A stretch of 64,000 nt of DNA from Tubiluchus corallicola. Lineage: Eukaryota > Animalia > Priapulida. Of this stretch, positions 22,391 through 34,777 are shown one piece after another. The notes below the pieces were generated by a model. The model was not told where the DNA came from. It saw only the letters and a program-made list of their open reading frames with translations, and searched no databases. The stretch covers positions 19,532 to 83,531 of the forward strand of contig JAQGDQ010000526.1 of assembly GCA_030141605.1 (NCBI GenBank), read 5' to 3'. The position numbers were made by a program, and so were the translations under genes. How positions within the stretch are numbered: the stretch's first letter is position 1; the number at the start of each line of letters is the position of its first letter.

Positions 22391-25189
22391 GTAAGTGTCA
22401 AATGGCAAAAGTCTCGATTTTACTCTCACATTAGTATTCAGTATTATTTAAAACTAATTTGGTGTTGAATGAATACAAATCACATCAGTGATAAATCAGT
22501 CCAACTTACTGAATTAATGGTAAGTTGTTACTAAGTAATTTTATCTTGTTCTTGAAAGTTTTATATTGATTTTAAAGGTGTTAGCAAGTGAAGCATTGAA
22601 AATGTAAATGCCCATGAACTAAGAATGTATTGCTGTTTTAATCACCTGTTTTAGAGTTGCCCTTATACTTGTATATGAACTGTGATCAAGTTTCCAACTC
22701 AGCACAGACTAAAATTTTTTACGCCGTTTGAAAGTTGTCTGTATGTGAAAGGTATTTGTAGGTTGCCACTGGCCATTTGAAACAAAACTGCTGATTTGTA
22801 CATTTTGCAAATGTTTGCATTTTGTTTGATGTACGAGCGTGCATGCACGCAGAATAAACGTCTGACCTGCAAAGTCAGTTTATCTTTGCATTATATATTG
22901 CATTTTACCCTTTAAGGTTTCTGCCAACAATTTAAACTTTCAAGTATGGCTCATGATACCTAATACCTATCCCAAATTCCTGCAATTTATTAGCTGCCTC
23001 TTATGCCACATTCTATTTGCTTTCAGTTAAATGATTTTTAGTTAAATTACGTTGCTACAGCTTATAACGTTAGTTGTAGGCTTAATAAGTTGTAGGATTA
23101 GTTGTTTGCTCCATAGTTTGAAGCAAATAATCCATTTTGATCTCTAACTTATTCACAGTTTTGTATGCAACAATCCCTAGGTGACGGTGCACAACAAAGT
23201 TTCTCGTGAGGAATTCTGCCACCTGCTAAAAACTATGCGTCCTCCTCGTGAGGAATTTTGCCACATGGTAGAAATGCTGCATGTTCCATTTATGTGTGGA
23301 ATCCTCGCAGAATTCAGCCTTAAATTTAACTACTCAATTACTTCTTTCTTATTTAAAAAAACAGCAATTAACACAGTTCGTAAAATTCTAAGATTTAATC
23401 TCTCTTTTAATAAACTGACGATTTTATGTTTTATTAATGCAACATCGATGGCTATATTCGTGAAAAAGAATTATAATGCACACATGCTTATTTTATATAT
23501 ACATATTTTCAGATTTTGAAGTGGTAAGTGGAACTTTACTAAAAAAACAGGCCTGACATTACATTTACTAACATTATCAATTGTACTTCGTATATGAGAA
23601 ATAAGGCACGTATAACTTAGTTTAGACATCGTTATACAGTGTAAAACTCACAAAGTAACTGCAGCTAATTGGATGCTTGGTGAAAATTGCGCAGTTTCAC
23701 TGTGAAGTGAACTTTCTTGCCGCATGGGATTTTGAGAAAATTTTGAGTTTTCAAAAAATTGTCTGATTTTCTGACAGCAATTCCATGTGTCATTTTTCCT
23801 TGCATCCTCACTGTGAAATGGGCCTGGTTTGTCAGAATTCTCACCTAGAATGTAAGTGGTTGATACTGAGTCATTGTTTTTGAACAATTTGTGATATAAG
23901 TGTAAACGGTATGGTGCGTATTTGGCTACAATCTTGCAAGATTGCAAGAAATGAATTAATCTTCATAGTTATGGTAGTTAATTAACTGCTCTGTTCTGTT
24001 TCCTCAATGCGAGGTTATTTTTCTCATTATTCTGTGCACGATATTGAATTATCCAGCGCGCATTATTTGTCTGCTTCATTTTTCACGCACGGAAGGCTGT
24101 GCACAGGAGCATTCAATTTATAAACTAGTCGTCAATAACACACATGGTGCTGAACAAGCTTTTGTACACAGGACCTGTCAATAATGCAATAACATGTAAT
24201 GTAAATAATGTACATAAATTGTCCTACTTTTAAAAGTGCTTTGTACAATAACACATGCATGTTCTTATTTTTTCACAGCCACGTAATTGTCACCGTAACA
24301 ACTCTTACTACTTTGTTCATCAATACTAGACTACTAACACTGCTTGATTGATTTCTGTATTGAGTTTACTTTGCTTGTTGGCACTTTCCAAAATTTCTTG
24401 AGTCATTAATAAAAATTCAAATTTGTCATTAATTGTAAATGTAATTTTTGTCCCATTTTATTTATTTGAATTTTGTGTTGTTAGAATTATCAGCAATCAT
24501 TGACATTAAACAAGAAAGTAAAGAAGCTTGTAGAGAATTTCTGGGATTTTACAAGTATTTTTTCATGTGTGGCCTATAATTAATTGATTGTTAATTTTTT
24601 TAACTTCCACGTGTATGTTTGGTAATGAAAGTAATGAAAATTTTAGTGTTGTTCACTTTGACACGTGGCTGGATACAGTGCCTCTTTGTTGGCAAGCTGT
24701 TTCTACATGAAGTGTCACACAGAAGGCTGTCATGTTTTAAATATTTTAAAATTATACCCTTACATCATCTGCGTCATGTTGTCACAGACTGTTGTTCTGG
24801 GTGTTCTTAACTTTGAAATCTTCAATAAATCAACACTACTAATTTACATTTCACCCAAAACTCCAAAAGCAAAGTCCAAACAGCTTAGATCTTATAGCCA
24901 CTTGTATTAGCATTCAATATGGAGCACTAATTTTGATGATAAAAAAATCAATTACCTGTTTTCAATAACAAATTCTGACTGTGGCGTAAACTGCTGCTTG
25001 TGGTGGTCATTCGCAAAGAAGATGTGGAGGATATTCAATAATAATAATAATAATAATAATAATATTAATATATAGTAATAATCTTTATTTAAAGTTGGCT
25101 TGTTGGATGAACAATTAACATGAGCTCCAAACAGCTTTTTGCCGACTGTAAATAACAAACCTACAGCTACATAACACAGACTGTCATTA

Positions 25190-25318
25190 TCCCACTCTTT
25201 ACCCTAAATGCCACATGCCTGACAGGGCAAGACCAGGTATCATTTTAAAGTCTTTGGTGTGACCCGGTCACTGTATCGAACTCACGACCGCCGAGGCAGA
25301 CATGTTGCCACTAGACTG
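25190..25318 (-). mobile_element. tRNA-derived SINE relic (MetaSINE-like central domain)
   Basis: Minus strand reads gtcgtgagttcgatac (B-box) followed by ccgggtcacaccaaagactttaaaatgatacc...ggcatgtggcatttaggg. Confidence 0.6.
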
Positions 25319-25642
25319 TACTGTATTTTACAATATGCTACACTTAAATATGTTTTTTCACAGAGTATACATGTAAGAATACCACATTTTGTTTGTTTTA
25401 CATTTAATAACACTGCTGAGGTTATTGAATTTTTAGCTGTTCACAACGACAAGAAGATTATGATTTTTTTTCGTGACACTGCTTGTACAATGCTAAAATG
25501 AGTGCATTGTAATGATTTGGTGAATCTAACTCATGTCATTCTGACAGTCTGTTTCGTAGATTATTGATCTATAAAACAACTTCCGACGTTCCTTTAATTT
25601 TGCATAAGAGAGAGACTAGTAACTTCTTTTACATTTTTGCAG

Positions 25643-25773
25643 TTAATTCACATACTGGAAGTGATGGACGTGGGACGTCGGCACAAGGGAGCCCTTGTTC
25701 TACTTGAAGAAGACCACTATGTGGCACCTGACTTCCTGCATCTTCTGCAGTTGCTCATAGCTAAGCGAAAAAG
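25643..25773 (+). CDS. MGAT2: MGAT2 coding exon 4 (EEDH metal-binding motif)
   Basis: ttgcag| LIHILEVMDVGRRHKGALVLLEEDHYVAPDFLHLLQLLIAKRK |gtaagg. Confidence 0.93.
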
Positions 25774-27653
25774 GTAAGGTGGTATGCTTGAATTGGCATC
25801 AATGTCAGTTTCGAAAGCCATTTTCTTTTTTAAGCTTATTGGCTTTTTCCTGTTGAAAAGGAAAACAGCGGCAGTTAGTATAATATGTGTTGCAGTACCT
25901 GTAAGGTTGCGAGGTTCAGTTGTTATTAACAAGACACTTTATTAAGACAATTTCTTTTTGTCATTTCGTATCATAAACCAACTAGCTTGCATTCCAAAAA
26001 ATCAGCACTTCTCTGGAAATAAAATGCAGAAACAGAAGTGTTTTTTACGCTTTTCTAGCAAAAAGATGTTTATATAGTTGGGTGCACAGCAAGAGATGGT
26101 CCAACATTTAGCAGCAAACCTGCTTATTGCTTGTTGCAGAACCCATTTTTCACTGTTTCGTTTTGGGAGGCCACTCGCCAGAATTGTTATTATAAATTGT
26201 GTTTGTTCTCTTTCACTTTAAATATGTAACAGCTGTTTGGACCTGTTTACTAGAATGTGGTGCTGGCATTCTGTCAAATACCATTTGAGTGTAATAATTG
26301 CATTGTGCAGATATCTTAGCCTCATTCCATTACACCAGACTATACAGCATACATTCTCCCTCAACAAAGTAGCTAACAGTAAGACAGACAAAACCGCGCA
26401 TCCATGTACTGATTGATTTATTGGCATTGGTTGCTTTCGTCCCTAAGCGCATACCATGACCATTCAGCTATTTTGCTCATCCTTGCAAGCTGCTGTACAC
26501 AAGATGTGTTTGATCCTTCCTTGTTGTTTCCCACCTCAGTTCAATGTATATGTGCTAAATATGAACTTGTCAGAGCAAGAAAGCTTAGCAGCTGAATGAT
26601 CAATGAGTGCTTCAGTGAGTGATAATAGGTTTATTAATGCACTGATTAGTTAGTGATTTACCTGCTAAAGTAATCAATGCTGTCATAGCATGAACTTGGA
26701 ACTTGCTAAAACACGGGCTGGTGCTAAAAAACAAGCAACAGAGAAGTCTTGGATACGGAATTTCTGGCGCATTGGGTCTCCTAGGTAAGAATGCCGTTAA
26801 TCGCTTATCCCTGCAATTTGGTACTAACACTCTGGGTGGCATGTCCAATTGTCAAATAAATAAGTTACTAGTTACTGCACTTACTTTTAGCTTTATTTAA
26901 GTAATATAGAACTAACTAAATTTAATGGTAATGCAGAACTAATTCAAAAAATGTTAGTAATATAAAATTAACAATATGAAATATCACCTTAGATAGGCTA
27001 ACCTAAAACAGAGTTTGTATTTTGCTTGGTAAATGAAAGTGCAAATAAGCATGAGTCTGTGGTGGAGGGTTTGGAACATCCTTTGTGATTGTTATGTACT
27101 AATCGATTTGTTTTCATGCACATGGTTTTCTAATTAAGATTTTTTTTAATTTGAAATTTTTATAGCCCACAAAATATGAAAAATTAAGAACAGCATGCAG
27201 AATGAGTAAATTTCGCATATCTAATAAAATTTGTTTACAAGTAGCCGCCAGTGACACTCATTGGCTAGCACACTTCGAATGAAATAATGCAGTGGCTGCA
27301 TTCATTGTGAGAAGCTTGTTACATTACTAGAATCGTGACAGTTAATTACATGAATGCACTTCCTTGTTGATGAAGTTATTGAATGTACAATTCCTCAGCA
27401 TCTGGCTGGAATTCTTTTTCCAGTCTGTACTGACTGCTTTTTCTGCACTGCTAAATATTTTAGAACATTGAGAATTCTACCCAATGAATATGCATTGCTG
27501 TGCTTGGATACATAATAATGTTTCGTTTCAAATATGATGATTTTTTTAATACCTTTACTGTAAAGTTTAAATGACCAAGCATTAGTAATAGATGTAATAC
27601 TATGTACCCATCAGCGAGCGAACTCATTTTTACCTGACTAATTATTGGAGTAA

Positions 27654-28189
27654 TTAAAGGAAAACCAGAGATGATTGTGTAAACATTAGTTCAGAATAAA
27701 AAATACTCTAAAATATTGACAACTACAATAGCTTTTCTTTAAAATCAAAACTTAGATTAAATAATAATTACCTCGGATACTTCAAAGCTACGAGCGGCTC
27801 AGTGAATCTACTAAGATTGGCAACGCCGCCTTTTTATCGCGCACGCATGGACGACAAATAGAAGGCGGTATCATGATAACCATGATTATGGACTGCTGTG
27901 TTAGTTTCTGACATCATATGACGTAGAGCCCATTTTCGTGACATCGCGAGTTTAAACAGTACTGAAAAACTTACGCAAACATGCTTGACGCGCAAGGGAA
28001 GATGCCTGCTATTGCACAAACTGGTTAGTTTCTGATGTAAGCAATAGCTGTGTTCGGCTGCCGTTAATTAACTTTCTAAGCTAATTATTCAAATATAAGA
28101 AACAATTGCTAACTTTTATAGGCAAGAAAATTTATATTTTGGACAATAAATTAAAATGAGATTGAGTCTATAGTTTGTACTTCCTTTAA
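27654..28189. mobile_element. Kolobok-like MITE family B; an inverted partial copy lies at ~52318-52439
   Basis: ttaa|aggaaaacc ... acttcct|ttaa. The first ~125 bp recur reverse-complemented at 52318-52439. Confidence 0.6.
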
Positions 28190-29472
28190 CAAACATTCTG
28201 TTGCTCTAGATAGGATTGTTACAATACTCTACTGTATGGGATCAAATTCTGTATGAATGACGTTTCTACTACAATATTGTTGAATTGCTATTAGCAGTGC
28301 ACTTTGTCTGTTAGCATTTGTAATGTGGCAGTGCTAATTAATAACTCCCTAATCTAGTGCTATGTATGAAGAAGCAAATCACCTGACTTAATGCATCTAT
28401 TTATTTTCTAAACGCTTAAGGCATGTTTGTACTGTAGGAATATAGATCTAACGAGAAATCATTTAATGAGCTGAACTTAATTGAATGAGTTCAAATCTCT
28501 TTTAGCTTAAATTTGTAATTTTTTCAATTAAACAGACACTGTGTTTCTTACAAACTGCAGTATTGATGTTTGTTAGCAGCGAAACCTATAACTAAGAATT
28601 TTCAAATGTTAAATTAAATTTGGAAATATGCTCGTGTATTTACATTTGCACTGTCAGTACCGGATTTTCAACATTCGGTGTAATGTAATAAAAGGAATAA
28701 TAATCATTGCAATATTGCCGCTTTTGCTCTTGCAGCTGTTTCAGACTGGTAAATAATAATATTTATGCACATCTAGTGCCTGCAAATGCAGAGAGACATA
28801 ATTTTGTGTTATTCACCCCATGCTGTGTAGGTGTGGTGAATAATTAATGGTTGCCATCTGAATATCATTTCATTATTTGTTCATAAGAGCAGGTTGTGCA
28901 TGTCGTAATTAATTAATCATCAGTGAAAAATTCATTGCAGTCATATGCAGTTAAACAATTATTGATTCAGCTTTGCTGTACTTTTGAGTTTTTTCTAGTT
29001 TTATTTATGTCACCACTGTTTCGAAGTGAAATACGGTAAGCACTAATAGCTGGTCATTGTTTGGGCTTAAACCGTAGCTTGAATTTTATCTGTTTTTAAT
29101 ACACCGTCGAGAACTATTTTTGTTAAAACTTTCTCTGATAATTCATCACATCAGATAGTAAACGTAAAAAATTAGTAAATGTTTGCAAACTTTAGCATTT
29201 TCATTTAATCTATCAACGTAAAGGACTTAGCCTGAAGATACAACACACACAAACGAGAAAAGATGTGTGTAAAATTTTCATCTTGAAAACACAAACATAG
29301 GCTAAAATGATCTTTGGTAATATGTTTTTTGGTAATATTTTATATATGTATATAAAATATTACCAAAAAACATATTTTCCTTTTTCTTTGCAGTATGGCT
29401 AGTTTTAGCCTTCCTTGAGGCCTCTGTGTATGTAAAATAGAATTATGCTTGATATGACTGACACTTTTTCAG

Positions 29473-29551
29473 TGATTCAGCTGGAGAAGTCAGCCTTCTC
29501 AACTTAGGCAATTATCAAAAGAAGACTAATTTTCCTCTTCACTTTAATAAG
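29473..29551 (+). CDS. MGAT2: MGAT2 coding exon 5
   Basis: ttttcag| DSAGEVSLLNLGNYQKKTNFPLHFNK |gtaaat; phases fit both neighbours. Confidence 0.82.
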
Positions 29552-30359
29552 GTAAATTAGTGTTAATTATTAAACAGTATTTTTTTTTTGTTATGGCAGT
29601 TGCATAGTTTAAAAATTCATTATAAAGCACTTACATTATGATAATGGTGATAACCTAATATAAGTGTTATATTTTTGTGAAATAAAGGTTAATATAGTCG
29701 TTATATTTTTTATGAAATTTGATGCTGTTTACAAGAAAATACTAGGAGTCAAGTTAATATTACTGTTTTGGAAGTGACGTTTACTAGGAGGTTGAGGAGA
29801 GAGCTTCGAGCTCACAAGTTCTATCTGCCGTTAGTCCTACATTCATAGGCATTTGAAGACCTTAAACGCTGAAAATAAATTGCAGTACTAAAATCTCATT
29901 TTCAATGCCAAACCTTTAAATTTAAGTGAGACATCGTAAGTTTTAAATGCAATGGAAAATTGCATTTGTTTTAGTTTTTCAAATGCAAATTTTTTGTGAA
30001 TGATAATCGTTATAAAACACATATACAGTGCCTAGTTAGTGCCTTTAATAGCAAATTCGTGTCTGTCAGACTTGATCATTTCACTCTCGTCTTTTAGGTC
30101 CATGGACACTCTGGGTTAATCTGAATTAGTGTAGGCTGCCCAAGCAATACAATGTATAGTTTAGGTTTTCTACTTGGGAATAGTACTATTGAGTGTTTTC
30201 ATTTTGGCGTAATACTAGCCCAACCAACAGTTTCTTTACATATTGTTTTTTCCTACTCTTTGTGCTTTCTTGTTATTATTATGACAATGAAGTTGCACTG
30301 GTGGTTTTACTAATTTTACACAATTTATAAAGTAAAACGTAACACTCGTTGTTTTCCAG

Positions 30360-30449
30360 TTTTCGCGAGACACGTGGCGGTCAAGCGAGCACAACATGGG
30401 CATGGTGCTATTTAGGGAAACTTGGAATGCTATCAAAGAGCATACTCAG
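30360..30449 (+). CDS. MGAT2: MGAT2 coding exon 6
   Basis: ttccag| FSRDTWRSSEHNMGMVLFRETWNAIKEHTQ |gtagga; contains the W.S.EHNMG motif. Confidence 0.93.
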
Positions 30450-30462
30450 GTAGGATGTCAGT

Positions 30463-30838
30463 AAGCCGTCTCACAGTTCCAGCGATTGATGTTGATCGTT
30501 AAAAGGTCAAAGGTTGTTAAGTGTATCAGACAACGCATTTGTGTACACTTGACAACGCCTTGCTGTTGTAAAAGTAACGGTTTTACCAGTTAGCTAGAAC
30601 CTTACCTAGTTCATTTTTTCTTGTTCCCAAGCAAAATCCTGCTAGTAAATCACTCTACGCCCAGACTAATGCATAAGTAAGTAAAGTCCACGTAAAACAA
30701 CGTAAAGGTACAGAACTAATGCTTTGCGGTACTCACATGTCACGTGACGGTTGTAGATAATACGCGTTGCTGTGCTACACTTAACCTCTGACCTACAGCA
30801 ACTGCTCGTGCACACAACGAAACTGTGAAAAGGCTTAT
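30463..30838 (+). mobile_element. Harbinger-like MITE family C; other copies at 63206-63609 (inverted), 16741-16842 and ~22060-22163 (partial)
   Basis: TIR approximately gccttttcacagtt flanked by TAA/TTA. Shared core aaaaggtcaaaggtt..cacttgacaacgcc..tagaaccttacctagttca. Confidence 0.7.
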
Positions 30839-31623
30839 TAGTTACCAAGTGATGTGTGAATAAAACTTTAAAATTTCAATTCATATTACTATTGGTTAGA
30901 GTGAGCTGGTTGAGTACTATAACTTTTGTAGCAAAAAAGGATAACAGTAAATGTAAATAGTAGTTATACAGCGCACCTAAACAAACCGTTAAATTTTCTT
31001 TACAGTTTGAACAATGACAGCCTGTGAAGATTTTAGTTGTTGAGTAGTACAGTGATACTAAAATCACCATATAAAGCAAAGCACAACAATCCAAGAAATT
31101 TTAATGACATACCAAAATGAACTAATATCCAACTATTTCACGGCAATAAAGCCTAAATGATCATCTGCTTGAAAATACAGAAACCACCAATAAATTCATT
31201 TTAGTGAAATAACACTACAAAACTGTAAGGAATGTTATCGTGTTAAAGACTGTTCTGATTTCTAAACTAAAACCTGCTATTGTTCATAAAAGTAGGTACA
31301 AAACCTACTATATTGAGTTTTAATAAATCAGGATTTAATATTGGATTAATAAATAAAAAATTGGGTGTAAATAAAGTGCAGTTGATTGAAAAGTTGGCGC
31401 TTCCAGTTATGACACGCGCTGTAAAATGTAGTTATCCAATTAGCTTTCTAAAATAACTATTCGTCTGCTATAATACCACAGTAATTCTATATTATTCTTC
31501 AATTCAATTTTAATTCTTGCTGAAGAAAACTCATATTTTTCAATTTTATTTTTCAGTTACACTTTGTTAAAGCATTTTCCCGATCTCTATGTCTCCGTAA
31601 CAGTTAGTTAATGCACTTTGCAG

Positions 31624-31748
31624 GTATTCTGTACATATGACGATTATAATTGGGACTGGACGCTCATGCATATTAGTCAGAAACTGATGAATCCGTCTTT
31701 ATCTGTGTTATTTCTCAGAGCTCCACGAATCTTTCACATAGGCGAATG
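31624..31748 (+). CDS. MGAT2: MGAT2 coding exon 7
   Basis: ttgcag| VFCTYDDYNWDWTLMHISQKLMNPSLSVLFLRAPRIFHIGEC |gtaaga; contains the catalytic DDYNWD motif. Confidence 0.95.
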
Positions 31749-32780
31749 GTAAGAACAGATTTCTTGCTAATGCAGGTCGTTGCACTTTAGCTGGTGCAAG
31801 AAATGTCGAAGAAATTTGCATTGTTCATAGGGAAGAAAGAACCTAAATTACTGCCAGATTTCTGATTTAAAGACAAAATACCCACATTCTTACGGTCTGG
31901 TATTATTTATAGATTTCAGTGCAGCAGCTGCAATGCTGCTTACCATGGCAAAACATCCAGACACTTTAAAGTAAGAATTTGTGAACATTTGGGTATTTCG
32001 TCTAGAACTGGCAAGAAATAAAAAATTCTCGTCAATTCAGCATTAATGACCATATTTGTACCAGTGGCCACAAAGTTGATTTTAACAATTTCAGTCAGCA
32101 GTGTGGCCAGAGCTGCAAATAACTGGGACTTACTGATAAAAGAAAGTTTAGCTATGTACCCTAATAAGCCTTCGCTTAATGTACAAAGCAGCTCAATTCC
32201 TTTAACATTATTCTCAAACACTTTGCTATTTGTTACTGTATCAATTTCTTTTCTACTGGTCTGCTTATTCATTACCTATTTGTCTTCTGTTAAATACATA
32301 ATTAGTGCATAAGGTTTTATACTGTAGGCTTTGCCTATATAAACTGGTTGTATGTTTGTAAAAATTTACCATTGATGATGACAGCAGTAGCTCTGTCAAA
32401 ACATTTGATATGATTTTTTTAACTATGTAAATTAAAAGTTTTAATAAAGTTGTGGTGATTTAACTAGTAACGTTACGTAGTCGTAGCAAATCTTGAATTT
32501 GTTTTTGAAACACTCCAGCCCTGCTTTATCATTTAGGAACTTTTCATTAATCAAAATATTACTCTAAGAATTTTTGGGGGGACAGGAAATAGAAACCAGT
32601 TTCGTGGTCGTCATCACGATTTGGTTTTCTGATATTTTTCTCTGCTTCTTAAGAATCCATGGATCCCCGATGTGTGAGCAGGCCACCTGCATGAGACAGC
32701 CACTACCACATAGTTGGGTTGTGATGATAATCTAAAATTTGATTCCCATATTGCCCTTGAATGTTATCTAACTTGTGTTA

Positions 32781-33229
32781 CACTAGGCGCCGCTTAATAG
32801 ACTCACTTTGAGACCCTAGTGTTTTGACCCAATTAACCGACTGAACCTATTAACCGATGGGTGTAGTATTACTTGGTATAGTATGAGTCACCAGCTTACT
32901 ATGTAAAGCTTTTCTATGAATTTCAGAAACGAAGTAATGCCTAAATTCCTTTGTGCAATTCAAAAATTAGAAAAAATATTTTAAAATACTAATTTGTATA
33001 AGTGAATTAGCAATAAATTAAAAGGTATACATATTACATATTTGTCACACAAAAATGTCTTATTTGAAGCATGTGAAGCCAAAATATTGAGTCAATTATG
33101 CTAAGTTGTTTGAGTCAATTACCGACAGTTTTATTGCGTTTGAATAGAAGTGGCCCGTACCAGGCACTTTTAAATGTCAATTAAGCGATTCAGTCTGTTA
33201 ACCGTGAGTCTATTAAGCGGCGCTTCCTG
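32781..33229. mobile_element. Tc1/pogo-like MITE
   Basis: TA|cactaggcgccgcttaatagactcac ... gtgagtctattaagcggcgcttcctg|TA. Confidence 0.75.
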
Positions 33230-34395
33230 TATTTTAAATGTGAGATGTGCCAGATTTCTCTCATAGTCATATCATCTGGCATTTTATATCACAAGGGCAG
33301 AGCACTAAAGTTCACATGCCACGTAGATGCAAAGATAGTCTGTGACTTAGTTTGGATAATGCAAAAAATTTTTGCAAAATGAGTGAGTTATACTGACGTT
33401 ACAAGCTGACCACAGAAAAAGCATATTAACTGTAATTGACATGTGAAGTGCAATTGATGTACTTCTTGCTACAAAAGAGCACTTAAGCAGTGTGCCAAAG
33501 AAATGGGGAACTCTGTTTTTTAATTGTTTCTACTTATTTATTGATTTACTATGCTGAGAAAGTAGTATAACTTTGCTGTTTTTGACATTGGTGGTAATTT
33601 AGTTAAAAAAGAGCATATTTAGTATGTATTTTTATTCGTACTCGTGGTACATTCACATCAAATAAAAAAATAGATCAACAAGCAAAATAACATTAATTAA
33701 CAAGATTAGTAAGCAAGGTAAATATGTACAATTAATTGAGAGTATGATATGTTAGTATGGCGTACAACTCGTTCCTGTCAAAAAAATCAAGACAATTACG
33801 TTCCAGAGCCCATGTAACTTCTTTAATGAAATTTACAGTTCATGTTTGTCCTTTGCTAGCATTACTTCTTACATCTAACATACAGGAAAAAGCTTTAGGA
33901 GCAAAATTTTCATTTGTGTAAAACGTTTTGTACTCGTTACAAATAGATAAATTATAATCCATTGTAAAAGGTGCATGAAATCAAGAATTATGAGCAGAGA
34001 AATTGGCTATATGACTTTCACTATATAGGCAGCTATGGTAAAATTTAACAAGTGTTAATTTACTTACCTGTTTTAGAAGCGCCCGTCTGTTTTGATCGTG
34101 ATTAATTTAAATTATAGTTTAAGAGATACAAATTTATCAGTATTTGAGTAACTACTATTTTTTTGTATGTAAATTATTACTAATCTCTTCAGTGCCTTAA
34201 AGCTGAAGAAAGTGTACAAAATCTGTCACCAGCAAATTATGTAAAGAACTACGACTGAGTGATTTGGTGGCAAAATGTGAATAATTCAATTTTGGTTTAT
34301 GTAACTTTTAAGTAAATTAATTTTTTTGTGTGTACATGCCCGTAAAGCTCTTTCTGCTTCGTGCTTTTTAATCTATTTGATGTATTAGTTGTAAC

Positions 34396-34535
34396 AGCAA
34401 GTAAGTATGCTATATGGAAAAGCAAGTAAGTATGCAATATAGAAAAGCAAGTAAGTATGCAATATAGAAAAGCAAGTATGTATGCAATATAGAAAAGCAA
34501 GTAAGTATGCTAATTGGAACAGCAAGTATGCTGAT
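34396..34535. repeat. 25-bp minisatellite (~5.5 units) just upstream of the last MGAT2 exon
   Basis: agcaagtaagtatgcaatatagaaa units at 34396, 34421, 34446, 34471, 34496 and 34521 (partial). Confidence 0.92.
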
Positions 34536-34560
34536 AGTTATGAGATGTTTTTTATTTCAG

Positions 34561-34777
34561 CGGTATGCACAAAAAAGGGAAAAGCTGTGCACCGGAACCA
34601 ATGGTTGAAAAAGTCGAAGAACTTCTAAGGACCAACGCCAAGTACTTGTTTCCCGACACCATCCAACCAATTCCTCCCGTTTCCAGAAAACTTCGAAAAA
34701 TGAAACCGAATGGAGGATGGGGTGACCCTCGTGATCATAACCTATGTTTGAGTTACAGTAAATCTATTGTAAGTTGA
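34561..34777 (+). CDS. MGAT2: MGAT2 coding exon 8 (terminal)
   Basis: tttcag| GMHKKGKSC...KPNGGWGDPRDHNLCLSYSKSIVS*; AATAAA at ~34803. Confidence 0.95.

Noticed and set aside
31940-32312. 110-aa and 88-aa ORFs in MGAT2 intron 7
   Set aside because: No recognisable homology or splice support; possibly a decayed TE.
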